Origin: an uncultured delta proteobacterium
Lineage (GTDB): Bacteria; Myxococcota_A; Polyangia; Fen-1088
Length of the DNA: 64,000 nucleotides
Assembly (NCBI GenBank): GCA_963767925.1
Contig: CAVYGB010000008.1
Coordinates: forward strand, 1,888,001 to 1,952,000
Reading direction: 5' to 3'
Position 1 is the first letter of the stretch, and each line of letters opens with the position of its first letter. Shown piece after piece: positions 32,969 to 42,706 of the stretch. The notes under the pieces were generated by a model that made no database searches, had not been told where the DNA came from, and saw only the letters and a list, made by a program, of their open reading frames with translations. A program made the translations under genes and the position numbers.

Positions 32969-35900
32969 AGCCGCTGGCCATCGACAGGGACGAGCTGCGC
33001 GCCGCCCTGGGCGACGGATACGAACCCCTCGAGCTGCTGGGCCAGGGCACCTACGGCGCGGTCTTTCGCGCGACCCAGACCCGCACCGGTCAGGTCGTGG
33101 CGATCAAGGTCCAGCGCCTGAGCGCCGATCTCAGCCTCGAGCAGAGGGCGGCCCGGGTGGCGCGCTTCGAGCGCGAGACCCGCCTGTGCGCAACCCTCAA
33201 CCACCCGAACATCGTCCGGATCATCGACACGGGCCGGGCCGACGACGGCCTCTACATGGTGTTCGAGCTCGTGCCCGGCGAGACGCTGACCGAGCTGCTG
33301 GCCCGGCGGCGGGCGCTGCCCCCGGCCGAGGCGGTCGAGCTGCTGGGGCAGGTCCTCGAGGCGCTCGAGACGGCCCACGGACAGGGCATCGTCCACCGCG
33401 ACCTCAAGCCGGAAAACATCATGGTGGTCACCGGCGGAGGCCTCCCCTACGTCAAAGTGCTGGACTTCGGCATCGGAGCCTACGTCACCGACGCGGGCGC
33501 CGGGCTCCCCACCCTCACGCGCAGCCACGAGTTCGTCGGCACCCCCTCGTACAGCGCCCCCGAGCAGCTCCGGGGCGAGCCGGCCACGCCTCGCTCGGAC
33601 ATCTACGCCTGGGGGCTGGTGCTGCTGGAGTGCTTGACCGGGCGCCGCCTGATGGACGGCGCGACGGTGGCCCAGGTCTTCTACAAGCAGCTCAGCCCCG
33701 AGGAGGTGCCCCTGCCAGCGTCGGTGGTGATGCACCCGCTGGGCGCGTTGCTGCGCCGGGCGCTGGCCAAGCAGTCCCGCGAGCGGGCCAGCAGCGCCGG
33801 CCGGCTCGCGCGCGAGCTGCGGGAGCTGCGGGTCTCCGACCTGGTGGGCCCGCTGGCCCAGCCGGAGACGGCCCCGCCCGCCCGGACAGTAGCGCTGGAG
33901 GGGGTGGCCTTCGGCGGCGAGCGCCGTCAAGCCACGGTGGTGAGCTGCAGCCTCGCCGTGGTCCCGGCCTGCCCCAACCCGCCCGACCTCGAGACCTTCG
34001 ACGCCATCGCCCGCGACCAGCTCAACACCTGCGTGGACATCGCCACCCGCTTCGGCGGCCACGTGGTGGGCCGGCTGGCCAATCGGATCGTGGCGCTGTT
34101 CGGCTTCCCCCAGGCCAGCGACAGCGACGCCCGCCGCGCCTGTCGCGCCGCCCTGGAGCTGTCGTCCCGGATCCACGCCCGGCGGAGCATCCTCGCCGCC
34201 CAGCAGGGCGTCGACCTGGAGCTGAGGATCGGCATCCACACCGGGATGGTGCTGGTGGCCTCCGACGGGACGCCGGGGGGGCCGGCGTTCAGCGCGGCCA
34301 CCCGGCTCGAGGGTATGGCGCCGGTGGGGGCCACCCTGGCCAGCGCGGCCACCCGGGGCCTGCTGCGCCGCCAGCTCGGTTTCCGGCCGTTCGAGGCGGC
34401 CGGCGAAGCTGGCCCGGGCGCCGACCAGCCGGCATATCTCCTGGTCTCGGAGGGCCCCTCCGGCGGCGGCGATCCCGGACTGGAGCGGGGGCCCGGTCCG
34501 CCGCTGGTGGGCCGGGACCAGGAGCTCGAGACGTTGCTCGAGCACTGGGAGAAGGCCCGGGGCGGCGCCGGACGCACGGTGCTCCTGCGCGGGGAGGCGG
34601 GGGTGGGCAAGTCCCGGCTGGTGCAAGAGATCCGCCAGCGCGCGCTGGCGGAGGACGCCTCTTGCTACGAGTGCCGCTGCTTTCCCGAGGAGATCAACAA
34701 CGCGCTCGACCCGGTGCTGGGGTTCCTCCGGCAGCAGCTCGAGCTGGCGGGGGTCAAACCCGAGGCCCAGGCGGCGGCGCTCGAAGCCGCGCTGGCGGCG
34801 TGCGGGCTCGAGCCCGCCCGGTCGATGCCGGTGGTGGCGTCCTGGCTGTCCCTGCCGACGGGCCATCCTCCCTTGCCGCTCTCGGGGGAGCGACAGCGCG
34901 AGGTCCTCCTGGACGCGCTCGTCCGGCTGTTCGGCGTCACCCGCTCCGGCGAGCCGCGCCTGATCGTCGTCGAGGATCTGCACTGGTCCGATCCCACCAC
35001 CCGTCAGTTCGTCTCCCGGCTGGCCGAGCTGGCCACCGGTCAGGCGGTGCTCATGCTGCTGACGGCCCGGCCCGAGCTCGAGCAGGCGCCGGAGGGGGCC
35101 CACCCCCTCGAGCTGGCCGGGCTCGACCGGGCCTCGGTCGAGCGGCTGATCGAGGCCAGCGCCGGGCCCCTGGCGCTCGATCGGGCGGTGGTCGAGGGCA
35201 TCGTCGCCCGGACCGACGGGATTCCGCTGTTCGTCGAGGAGCTGACCCGCAGCTTGCTGGGGTCCGGGCGGGGCGAGATCCCGGCGTCGCTCCTCGATCT
35301 GCTCAACAGCCGGCTCGACCGCCTGGGCCCCGCCAAGGAGACCGCCCAGGTCGCGGCCGCCCTGGGGCGGGAGTTCGAGCTGGACCTGCTCGACGTGGCC
35401 TCCACCCGCGGCTCCGAGGCGCTCAAGGCGCACCTCGAGGTCCTGGTGGAGGCGAACATGCTGCGCCAGCGGTTGCAGGCCTCGGGGGCGCGCTACCAGT
35501 TCCGCCACGCCCTCATCCAGGAGGCGGCCTGGCAGAGCATGCTCAGCGGCCAGCGCCGGACCGTCCACGGCCGCATCGCCCAGGCGCTCGAGGACCGGGC
35601 CGGCCAGGGCGGCGGGCGCGACGCGGCCCGCCTGGCCCGCCACCACGAGCTGGCCGGCGCCATCGCTCGAGCCGTCGGTTACCGCCTCCAGGCCGGGACC
35701 GAGGCGGCCCAGGCCTCGGCCTCGCAGGAGGCCCTCGCCCACCTGCGGGCGGGGCTGGCCCTGCTCGAGCAGGTGCCGCCGGGCCCCCGCGCGTCTCTGG
35801 AGATCGATCTGCTCAACGCCCTGGGCGGGGTCCTCATCGCCACCCGGGGGCTGGCCGCTCCGGAGGTCGTCGAGACCTACACCCGCTCGTGGGAGCTGGT

Positions 35901-36981
35901 GCGCGGCGGCGGCCCGAGCCCCATCCAGGGCTTCCGCACCTTGCGGGGGCTGTGGACCTTCCACAACGCCCGGGCCGACTACCCCAGCGCCGGGGAGATC
36001 GTCGAGCGGATGCTCGACCTGGCCGCGCGCGAGCAGGGCTCCGAGTTTCAGCTGGCGGCCCACGAATGCGCCGGGCAGACCGCCTTGCTGACCGGTCGGT
36101 TCCAGGCCACCGTCCAGCACAGCCAGGCCTGCGCGCGCTATTTCGACCCCGCGCTCCAGCGCGAGCAGATCGTCCGCTACGCCTCCGACCTGCGCCTCAA
36201 CGCCCTCTCCTTCGGGTGCATCGCCCAGGCCCTCCTGGGTCAGGTCGACCGCACCCGCGAGGGGCTGGTCATCGTGCTCGAGGAGTCCGAGCGGCTCGGC
36301 CTCCCCGGCCTGCGGGCGCTGATGCTGGGACAGGCCGCCTGGATCGATCTGCTGTGGAGCGGATGTTTGCTCCGCAGCAACCCGGCGCGGGCCCAGGCCC
36401 AGGCCCGGGCCCAGGAGGTGGTGCGCCTGGCCGACGAGGTCGGCTTCCAGTTCGGGCAAGCTTACGGGCGGCTGCTGGCGTCGGCCGCCGGCGCGCTCGA
36501 CGGCCAGGCCGAGGCGGTGGCCGGGCTCGAGCAGCTCACGCACCTCTGGCGCCTGTCCGGGACCTCGGCCCTGCTGAGCTGGCAGCTCGCCTTCCTGGCG
36601 CAAGGCAAGCTGGCCCTCGGCGACCATGCCGGGGCCCGGGCGGCGGCGGACGCCGCGGTGGAGCACTGCGAGCGCACCGGCGAGGCCTACGGCGCGTCCG
36701 AGGCCCAGCGCGTGCTCGGGCTGGTGCTGAGCGCGCCCGGCAACCCCGCCCGCGATCCCGGGCGGGCGGCGCAGGCCTTCGGCCGGGCGCTCGAGATCGC
36801 CGAGCGGCAAGAGGCGCGCTGGCTGACCCTGCGGGCGGCCTTCAGCTTTGCCGGGGCGGCCTCGCCGGAGCTGGCCGGGCCGGCCCGGGACCGGCTGGCT
36901 GAAGAGCTGGGCTGGTTCAGGGAACAGAGACAGGGACTCGAGACACCGCTGGTCGCCGACTGTCGGGAGCTGCTGGCTTGA
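32965..36981 (+). CDS. Ser/Thr kinase - class III cyclase-like - STAND ATPase - TPR protein (TOMM-system kinase/cyclase fusion type)
   Basis: GQGTYG, VAIK, HRDLKPEN, DFG, APE; ERRQATV...FGFP...RIGIHTG; GEAGVGKS, VEDLHW, GIPLFVEE; helical repeats. Confidence 0.9.
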   Translation: MKPLAIDRDELRAALGDGYEPLELLGQGTYGAVFRATQTRTGQVVAIKVQRLSADLSLEQRAARVARFERETRLCATLNHPNIVRIIDTGRADDGLYMVFELVPGETLTELLARRRALPPAEAVELLGQVLEALETAHGQGIVHRDLKPENIMVVTGGGLPYVKVLDFGIGAYVTDAGAGLPTLTRSHEFVGTPSYSAPEQLRGEPATPRSDIYAWGLVLLECLTGRRLMDGATVAQVFYKQLSPEEVPLPASVVMHPLGALLRRALAKQSRERASSAGRLARELRELRVSDLVGPLAQPETAPPARTVALEGVAFGGERRQATVVSCSLAVVPACPNPPDLETFDAIARDQLNTCVDIATRFGGHVVGRLANRIVALFGFPQASDSDARRACRAALELSSRIHARRSILAAQQGVDLELRIGIHTGMVLVASDGTPGGPAFSAATRLEGMAPVGATLASAATRGLLRRQLGFRPFEAAGEAGPGADQPAYLLVSEGPSGGGDPGLERGPGPPLVGRDQELETLLEHWEKARGGAGRTVLLRGEAGVGKSRLVQEIRQRALAEDASCYECRCFPEEINNALDPVLGFLRQQLELAGVKPEAQAAALEAALAACGLEPARSMPVVASWLSLPTGHPPLPLSGERQREVLLDALVRLFGVTRSGEPRLIVVEDLHWSDPTTRQFVSRLAELATGQAVLMLLTARPELEQAPEGAHPLELAGLDRASVERLIEASAGPLALDRAVVEGIVARTDGIPLFVEELTRSLLGSGRGEIPASLLDLLNSRLDRLGPAKETAQVAAALGREFELDLLDVASTRGSEALKAHLEVLVEANMLRQRLQASGARYQFRHALIQEAAWQSMLSGQRRTVHGRIAQALEDRAGQGGGRDAARLARHHELAGAIARAVGYRLQAGTEAAQASASQEALAHLRAGLALLEQVPPGPRASLEIDLLNALGGVLIATRGLAAPEVVETYTRSWELVRGGGPSPIQGFRTLRGLWTFHNARADYPSAGEIVERMLDLAAREQGSEFQLAAHECAGQTALLTGRFQATVQHSQACARYFDPALQREQIVRYASDLRLNALSFGCIAQALLGQVDRTREGLVIVLEESERLGLPGLRALMLGQAAWIDLLWSGCLLRSNPARAQAQARAQEVVRLADEVGFQFGQAYGRLLASAAGALDGQAEAVAGLEQLTHLWRLSGTSALLSWQLAFLAQGKLALGDHAGARAAADAAVEHCERTGEAYGASEAQRVLGLVLSAPGNPARDPGRAAQAFGRALEIAERQEARWLTLRAAFSFAGAASPELAGPARDRLAEELGWFREQRQGLETPLVADCRELLA

Positions 36982-38062
36982 AGGGACCGGGAGCCAGCGC
37001 CCGGGCCGCGAACCCCAGGTAGGCCTTGCAGAGGAGGGGACGCCCCGGGGTCTGGGCGAGCTTGAGGTCGAACCAGCGGTCGATCCGGTCGCCGTCGACC
37101 TCGGCGCGCGCCGGCCAGCCCAGGAGGACGTCGCGCTCGGCGGCGGCGCACAGCCCCTCTGCCACCATCTGCTCGAGGAGGGCCCGCCGGGAAGGGTCCC
37201 GCTCGCGGGCGAGGCTCAGCTGCTGCTGGGCGAACACGATGCCCAGGCCGGCGCTCCCGGGCTCGAGCATCCCCGTGACCGGCAGGTCGACGTAGACCAT
37301 GCCGCCCGTGCGCTCCGGGGGACAGGTTCGTTCGAGGAGCCTGGCGATGGCGCCTGGGTCTCCCGCCCAGCCAACCTCCTTCAGGTAGGGAACGACGGTC
37401 TCGGTCGGAAAGGCGCCGTATAGCTTCAGCTCGATGGGCGCGCGGGCGGCCATCACCGACAGGTGGATCCAGCGGGCGCCGGGCGGCAGCCGCTCGATGC
37501 AACGCTGAAAGCAGGTGCGCTCGCTGGCATCGACCTCCTCCCCGCGAATCACCCGCACCGCCTCGAGCACGGTGGCGATCACCTCCGCGGCGGGCTGGCT
37601 CGGCAGGGTGGCGGCCGGATCCAGATAGGCCGGCGCGACACAGACCCCGACGTTGGCGATTGGCTGGAGCTCGTGCTCCATGTGATCGAACTCCAGCCAG
37701 GTCACCGGCACCGACCCGTACAGGGCGGAGGCGGGCGAGGCCCATGCCTCGACGAGCCGGGCGATCGGCCAGAGCTCTGGCCGCGACAGGCCAGCCAGCA
37801 GGGCCTGCAAGCGCGCGCGTTCGAGGGTCGTGGCGGCCGACACGAGGAGGTCGATCTGCGAAGGCCCTCCCGCCTGGCCCAGGCGACATTCGAGGTACTG
37901 GGTCTGGCCCAGGTCGGGCAGCCCGCGGGTGAAGGCCAGCAACCGGTTCAAGGTGGGCTCGGGCACCAGGGCGGCGCCCAGGCCGTCGGAGACGGCCTGG
38001 AGCGCCCGGTACGCGGAGCGGTAGACCGGTGAAATCCCCTGCTCCGACATCTCGCTCACCAC
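36917..38062 (-). CDS. Hypothetical protein, possible ABBA-fold prenyltransferase-like
   Basis: YLECRL, IDLLV, WLEFD, ELKLY, C-terminal CKAYLGF (K-x-Y pairs); function inferred. Confidence 0.55.
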   Translation of the reverse strand: MVSEMSEQGISPVYRSAYRALQAVSDGLGAALVPEPTLNRLLAFTRGLPDLGQTQYLECRLGQAGGPSQIDLLVSAATTLERARLQALLAGLSRPELWPIARLVEAWASPASALYGSVPVTWLEFDHMEHELQPIANVGVCVAPAYLDPAATLPSQPAAEVIATVLEAVRVIRGEEVDASERTCFQRCIERLPPGARWIHLSVMAARAPIELKLYGAFPTETVVPYLKEVGWAGDPGAIARLLERTCPPERTGGMVYVDLPVTGMLEPGSAGLGIVFAQQQLSLARERDPSRRALLEQMVAEGLCAAAERDVLLGWPARAEVDGDRIDRWFDLKLAQTPGRPLLCKAYLGFAARALAPGPFKPAAPDSRRPAVSRVPVSVP

Positions 38063-38580
38063 ATCGGCAAGGGAGGAACTCGGGAATCGCGCTTCATGAG
38101 CTCGGCCTTGATCAGGCTCAAGATGCCGTCGATCTGCGCCTCCTGGGGCAGGACCGCCTCCTGATCGGCGGGGTCCCGGCTGGTCATGACCTCCCGCCGC
38201 ACCTGCAGCGTCCCCACCAGGGCGGTCACCTTGCCCGCCAGGTCGGCGGCCGCGGCCCGGGCGGCGGCCACGTCGGCCTCCACCTTCTGGCGAACGGCGG
38301 TCACCACGTGTTCGCTCTGGCCGAGCACCGCCGCCACCGTGGCCTCGCCGCGCGCCCGGGCCGCGTCGACCACCGCGTCCACCAGGTAGGCCCGGGCGAA
38401 GGGGCCCCCGTGATCACAATAGAGGGTGTGCTCGCCGCCGGCGTAGACCGCGTAGAGCAACGAGAGCACCGGGTAGTCACCGTTGGTGAACCGCAGCTTG
38501 TAACAGGAGAGCGGGCGCGCGACGTTGATGGCGGCCTGGATCGCTGGATGCAGCGGCGCCTTTTCTACGGGCAATGACAT
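38056..38580 (-). CDS. Hypothetical helical protein ending ...RVPPLPMW
   Basis: High-GC3 ORF whose stop overlaps the start of the downstream gene. Confidence 0.7.
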   Translation of the reverse strand: MSLPVEKAPLHPAIQAAINVARPLSCYKLRFTNGDYPVLSLLYAVYAGGEHTLYCDHGGPFARAYLVDAVVDAARARGEATVAAVLGQSEHVVTAVRQKVEADVAAARAAAADLAGKVTALVGTLQVRREVMTSRDPADQEAVLPQEAQIDGILSLIKAELMKRDSRVPPLPMW

Positions 38581-39383
38581 GGAACGGCCTTTCCAGGGTT
38601 GTTCACGGCTCTCGTTGGCGGCGACGCCAGCCGACCCACCCCCAGATGATCGGAAGGAACCATCGAAGACCCTGCCGAAACCGGCCGCGGGCCTTTGCGA
38701 CTCGAGCCACCAACGCCAGGAAGACGCGCCGGCGGGGACTTATTTCCGGCCTCATTTGCGGCTTTCTCTCCGGTTTCGTCGCCCGCGTCGTCTCCGCCGT
38801 CGTCTTCGACGTCTTCTTCGCCCCTTTCGATCGCGCCTTCCAGGAGCGGCGTGAGCATCCTGCGCAAGTGGCGCTTGGCCCGCAGCAAGCGGGTCCCCAC
38901 CGTCCCCGCCGGCAACCGGAGCTGCCGGCTCATCTCCGCGTAAGACCAGCCCTTGAGCTGCAACTCGATGATCGTGCGGAAGGGGCCCGGGAGCCGGGCG
39001 ATGCAGGCGTGCAGCCGCTCATCGTCGATCCGGCGCCAGAGCGCCAGGGGAGCCTCCTCGCGTGCCAGCCGCTGCTCGAGCTGGGGGTCGAGGGGAATCC
39101 ACCGGCGCACGGCCCGCGCCCGGCAGACGTCGAGGTGAGCGTTGTGCATGATGGTGAACAGCCAGCGCAGCCCGGCCCCGCCCCCCACCGGTCGACCCGG
39201 TCGGCGAAGCGCCCGGGCCACCGTATCCTGGACGAGGTCTCCGGCGTCGCTCGGGTTCCGGGTCAACCAGAGGGCGCGTGTCTGGAGGGTCCGGCGGTGG
39301 AACCGGATCAGCTCCGGGAGCCACGCCGCGGCGGGCGCCTCCTCCTGCGCCGCAAGCGACTCGCTGGACGAAGAATCCCTCAT
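38565..39383 (-). CDS. ECF RNA polymerase sigma factor
   Basis: DAGDLVQDT, WLFTIMHN, SYAEMS...GTVGTRLLRA; acidic C-terminal extension. Confidence 0.9.
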   Translation of the reverse strand: MRDSSSSESLAAQEEAPAAAWLPELIRFHRRTLQTRALWLTRNPSDAGDLVQDTVARALRRPGRPVGGGAGLRWLFTIMHNAHLDVCRARAVRRWIPLDPQLEQRLAREEAPLALWRRIDDERLHACIARLPGPFRTIIELQLKGWSYAEMSRQLRLPAGTVGTRLLRAKRHLRRMLTPLLEGAIERGEEDVEDDGGDDAGDETGEKAANEAGNKSPPARLPGVGGSSRKGPRPVSAGSSMVPSDHLGVGRLASPPTRAVNNPGKAVPCHCP

Positions 39384-39428
39384 CACCCCCCTTTACCGAC
39401 TCCGTCCGTCACGATCGATTACGGGGCA

Positions 39429-40421
39429 TTACCGCGCCGGCGTCCGACCGAGGAGGGCGATCTCCGCGGCCTCGAGGGGACGATCATAGATCCGAAGGTC
39501 GTCTATCTGCCCGGCGCACAGCTCGTTGGGCGGCGTGTATGTTCCGACGTAGAGGATGCTGGGCGGGCCGGCCTGCGAGGCGGCGGTCGAGCTGTCGACC
39601 GGCGCGCCGTCGAGGTAGAGGCGGTGGATGGACCCGTCGAAGGTGTAGGCCAGGTGGTGGACGCCGGTCCCGAGCGGCGCTCCGGCGATGACGAGGCCCT
39701 GGTTCTCGGCCCAGCCCCAGGCCGCCGGACGGTCGCGATCGACTCCCACCTGGATGCCGGACGACAACGTGGGGTTCACCAGCGCCACGCAGGTACGCTG
39801 CCCGGTGACGCCGCTCGAAGGGGGCGCCGCGGGATCGGCCGCGAACCAGAAGCCGATCGTCTTGGCCCCTTCTATCCGGGGGACCCGCGCCCCCACGGTG
39901 GCCGCCAGGTAGTCGTCCTGTCCGTCGAGCCGCACGGCGAAGTCGGCGGGGGCCCGGGCGACCCGGCTCCGCTCCCAGCGGGCGCCGTTGTTGAGCTGCG
40001 CATGGTTTCCATTTCCCGTGGCGTCGCCGGCGCGCGTCCCTTCGCCCTCGTCGAAGGGCCAGTGCGCGACGAGGCCCCGTTCGGGAATCGCCGGCAGCAG
40101 ATCGATCGCCCGATCCGGCGGGCGCAGGTCGGCGGGGCGGTCGGGCAGAGGCTCCCGATCGAGCCCGAAGTCGGCCGCGCCGCCCACCCGGTCGGAGGGA
40201 CCATCGGGGGCAGCGTCGCCGTCATGTCGGGGCGCCAAATCGGTCCCCGCGGCGGCGGGATCCGCTCCGCCCGGGAGCGAGGGCGGCCCATCGAGCAGGG
40301 TGCGGCGGGGGCGCGCATCGGGCGCCTCTGGCACCACCCGTGGCACGACCAGCTCGCGGCGACACGCCGCACCGGATGCCACGAGCAAGATGAGGCAATT
40401 GCACGCGAGCGGACCCCTCAT
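39429..40421 (-). CDS. LamG/concanavalin-like jellyroll domain lipoprotein
   Basis: GAAC lipobox, Asp/Pro linker, LVAHWPFDEG, HHLAYTFDG, IDDLRIYDRPL. Confidence 0.85.
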   Translation of the reverse strand: MRGPLACNCLILLVASGAACRRELVVPRVVPEAPDARPRRTLLDGPPSLPGGADPAAAGTDLAPRHDGDAAPDGPSDRVGGAADFGLDREPLPDRPADLRPPDRAIDLLPAIPERGLVAHWPFDEGEGTRAGDATGNGNHAQLNNGARWERSRVARAPADFAVRLDGQDDYLAATVGARVPRIEGAKTIGFWFAADPAAPPSSGVTGQRTCVALVNPTLSSGIQVGVDRDRPAAWGWAENQGLVIAGAPLGTGVHHLAYTFDGSIHRLYLDGAPVDSSTAASQAGPPSILYVGTYTPPNELCAGQIDDLRIYDRPLEAAEIALLGRTPAR

Positions 40422-40625
40422 CAATCGCCTCCCTTCCGGGCCCCTCCCAGGGGGTCCCGACAAGGAGACGCCCACTACCGCCGTTTCATGCGGGCCTTTC
40501 TGCGCCCCTTCCGCTCCGAAACGGCTCCAGCGGCGTCCTTCGACCGGTCGATCGTGGCACCTCCGCGCGGGCGGCCGACACGGCTCGCAAGAGACCTCTG
40601 CGCGACCGCGTCGGAGCGCGGACCT

Positions 40626-41441
40626 TCAGGCGGCGCCGGTCACCTCATCGGTCCACACCCGGAAGCCCTCGAGCGTGTTGGGGCCGAAGGTCGTGGCGAT
40701 GGCCACGTCCGAAGCGTCTCGGCCCCGGGCGATCAGGATGCGGCCGATGCGCGGCACGTTGTTGCGCGCATCGAAGGTATGCCAGCGCCCGCCCACGAAG
40801 GCCTCGAACCAGCCCGCGAAGTCCATCGGAGCGGCGGAGAGGGGCACGCCGATGTCACCGAGATAGCCGGTGCAATAGCGAGCGGGGATGTTCATGCACC
40901 GGCAGAGCGCGATCGCCAGGTGGGCGAAGTCCCGGCAGACGCCCCGGCGCTCGTTGAACACCTCCCAGGCGGTCTTGGTGGAGCTGGCGAATTCGTACCC
41001 GAAGGTGATGTGGCGGTGAACGAAGTCGCAGATGGCCTGCACGCGGGCCCAGCCCTGGGGGGCGTTCGCGAAAATCGCCCAGGCGGTCTCCGACAGGCGA
41101 TCGGTCTCGCAGTAGCGGCTCCCCAGCAGGAAAACCAGGGTCTCTTCCGGCAGCGCCTGGACCGGGTGCTGCTGGGCGAAGGCGTCGACTTCGTCGGGCT
41201 TCCCCGAGTCGTTGACGATGCCGTCGGCCGAGATCTGCACCGGACCGGCGGGCGCGACAAGCCGGGTGCACCAGTTGCCGAAACCATCCCGGTAGGCCGC
41301 GATCGGGACCGAGGGTCGGATGGTCATGTGATCGGGACGGACGATGTCCGAGACGCGTGAGTAGTGAACGTTCAGGGTCACGATCATGGGCGTGGGCTGC
41401 GGGAACCGGTACGTGAGCTCGTATCCAACTCGGATCAACAT
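40626..41441 (-). CDS. Transglutaminase-like family protein
   Basis: GSRYCETD, GVCRDFAHL, PARYCTGYLGD, WFEA...TFDARNN. Confidence 0.92.
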   Translation of the reverse strand: MLIRVGYELTYRFPQPTPMIVTLNVHYSRVSDIVRPDHMTIRPSVPIAAYRDGFGNWCTRLVAPAGPVQISADGIVNDSGKPDEVDAFAQQHPVQALPEETLVFLLGSRYCETDRLSETAWAIFANAPQGWARVQAICDFVHRHITFGYEFASSTKTAWEVFNERRGVCRDFAHLAIALCRCMNIPARYCTGYLGDIGVPLSAAPMDFAGWFEAFVGGRWHTFDARNNVPRIGRILIARGRDASDVAIATTFGPNTLEGFRVWTDEVTGAA

Positions 41442-41710
41442 GGCGCTCCCTTCGGTCGAGATCTCCCCAGCGCCGCAGGCTAGCAGGTGGGAGCCACGAT
41501 CCGGAGCGCGGGCGAAAACGTACTCCGCCCGGCAACCGGCCCGAAGCCTGCCGGAGGACCTGGGCGAAACCTGAGCGGGCTCGCCCTCGCGGTCGGCGCC
41601 TGCTCCCTGCAAGGTGGAGCGCCGCCGCTCCCGAGGGCCCCGCTCCCGCGAGGCGCGGGAGGGGCCGCCGGGCGGGCCGCCCGGGCCTGCAGGCCCGGGG
41701 TGTGGGGGGA

Positions 41711-42706
41711 TCAGGGTTCGCGCGAGACGGCGGTCCGGGGCCGGGCCTTGCTGGCGGCGGGCGACGACACGCCCGCGTTGGCCGAGCGCAGGTAGCGATA
41801 GACCTCGTCGTCGGTCGAGAGCACCAGCGAGGTCTGCTTGTCGACCGTGTCGCGGTACATGGTGAGGGTGCGGACGAAGCGGTAGAGTTCTCCATCGCGA
41901 CCATAGGCCGCCGAATAGATGCCCGCCGCCTCGGCGTCGGCCCGGCCCATGATCTCCTGACCCTTGCGGTAGGCCTCGGAGTCGATGCGCTTGAGCTCCC
42001 GCTCCTTCTTGCCCCGGATCTCGGCGCTCTTGCCCTGCCCCTCCGAGCGGTGGCGGTCGGCGATCCGCTTGCGCTCGGAGATCATGCGCTCGAAGACCTT
42101 GGTCTGGACGCTATCGACGTAGTTGATCCGCTGGATCTGCACGTCGACCAGCTCGACCCCGAACTCGGGCATCACGGTCGAGGACCGCTGCAGGATCATG
42201 CGGGTGATGCGATCACGGCCGTGAGCCACCTCCTGCCGGGCCTCCTCTTCGAGGATGTCCTGGGCTTCTTCCCCCTGCTCGAACGTCCGGTTCGAGCTCC
42301 GCACCACCTCGATGAGGTTGTGGCTGGCGATCACGTTCCGGGTCTCGCCGTCGATGATGTCGTCGAGGCGGGACTGCGCGCCCCGCTCGTCGCGCAGCCG
42401 CTGAAAGAAGCGCAGGGGATCGGCGATGCGCCAGCGGGCGTAGGTGTCCACCCAGATGTACTTCTTGTCCCGGGTGGGGACCTGGTTGGCGTCGCCGTCC
42501 CATTCCAGCCAGCGCTTGTCGAACACGTTGACGTCCTGGACGAACGGCAGCTTGACGTGGAGACCGGGAGCGACGACTGCCTGGCCGATCGGTCGCCCGA
42601 ACTGGGTGATGACCACCTGTTCGGTCTCCGAGACGGTGTAGAGGCCGGACCAGACCGTCACCAGCATCACCAGCGCGGCCAGGGAGATCGTGATGGCGCG
42701 ATTCAT
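41711..42706 (-). CDS. hflC: FtsH protease modulator HflC
   Basis: ITQFGRP, PGLH-x-KLPF, W-RI-x-DP, RMISER, SPFH domain; follows hflK. Confidence 0.92.
   Translation of the reverse strand: MNRAITISLAALVMLVTVWSGLYTVSETEQVVITQFGRPIGQAVVAPGLHVKLPFVQDVNVFDKRWLEWDGDANQVPTRDKKYIWVDTYARWRIADPLRFFQRLRDERGAQSRLDDIIDGETRNVIASHNLIEVVRSSNRTFEQGEEAQDILEEEARQEVAHGRDRITRMILQRSSTVMPEFGVELVDVQIQRINYVDSVQTKVFERMISERKRIADRHRSEGQGKSAEIRGKKERELKRIDSEAYRKGQEIMGRADAEAAGIYSAAYGRDGELYRFVRTLTMYRDTVDKQTSLVLSTDDEVYRYLRSANAGVSSPAASKARPRTAVSREP

Noticed and set aside
32689..36902. Two ORFs over 1300 aa overlapping the kinase gene
   Set aside because: Antisense and off-frame shadows with Arg/Gly/Pro-rich composition and no domains.
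32036..40421. TOMM/RiPP azole biosynthetic cluster
   Set aside because: No YcaO, dehydrogenase or Cys/Ser/Thr-rich precursor is visible.
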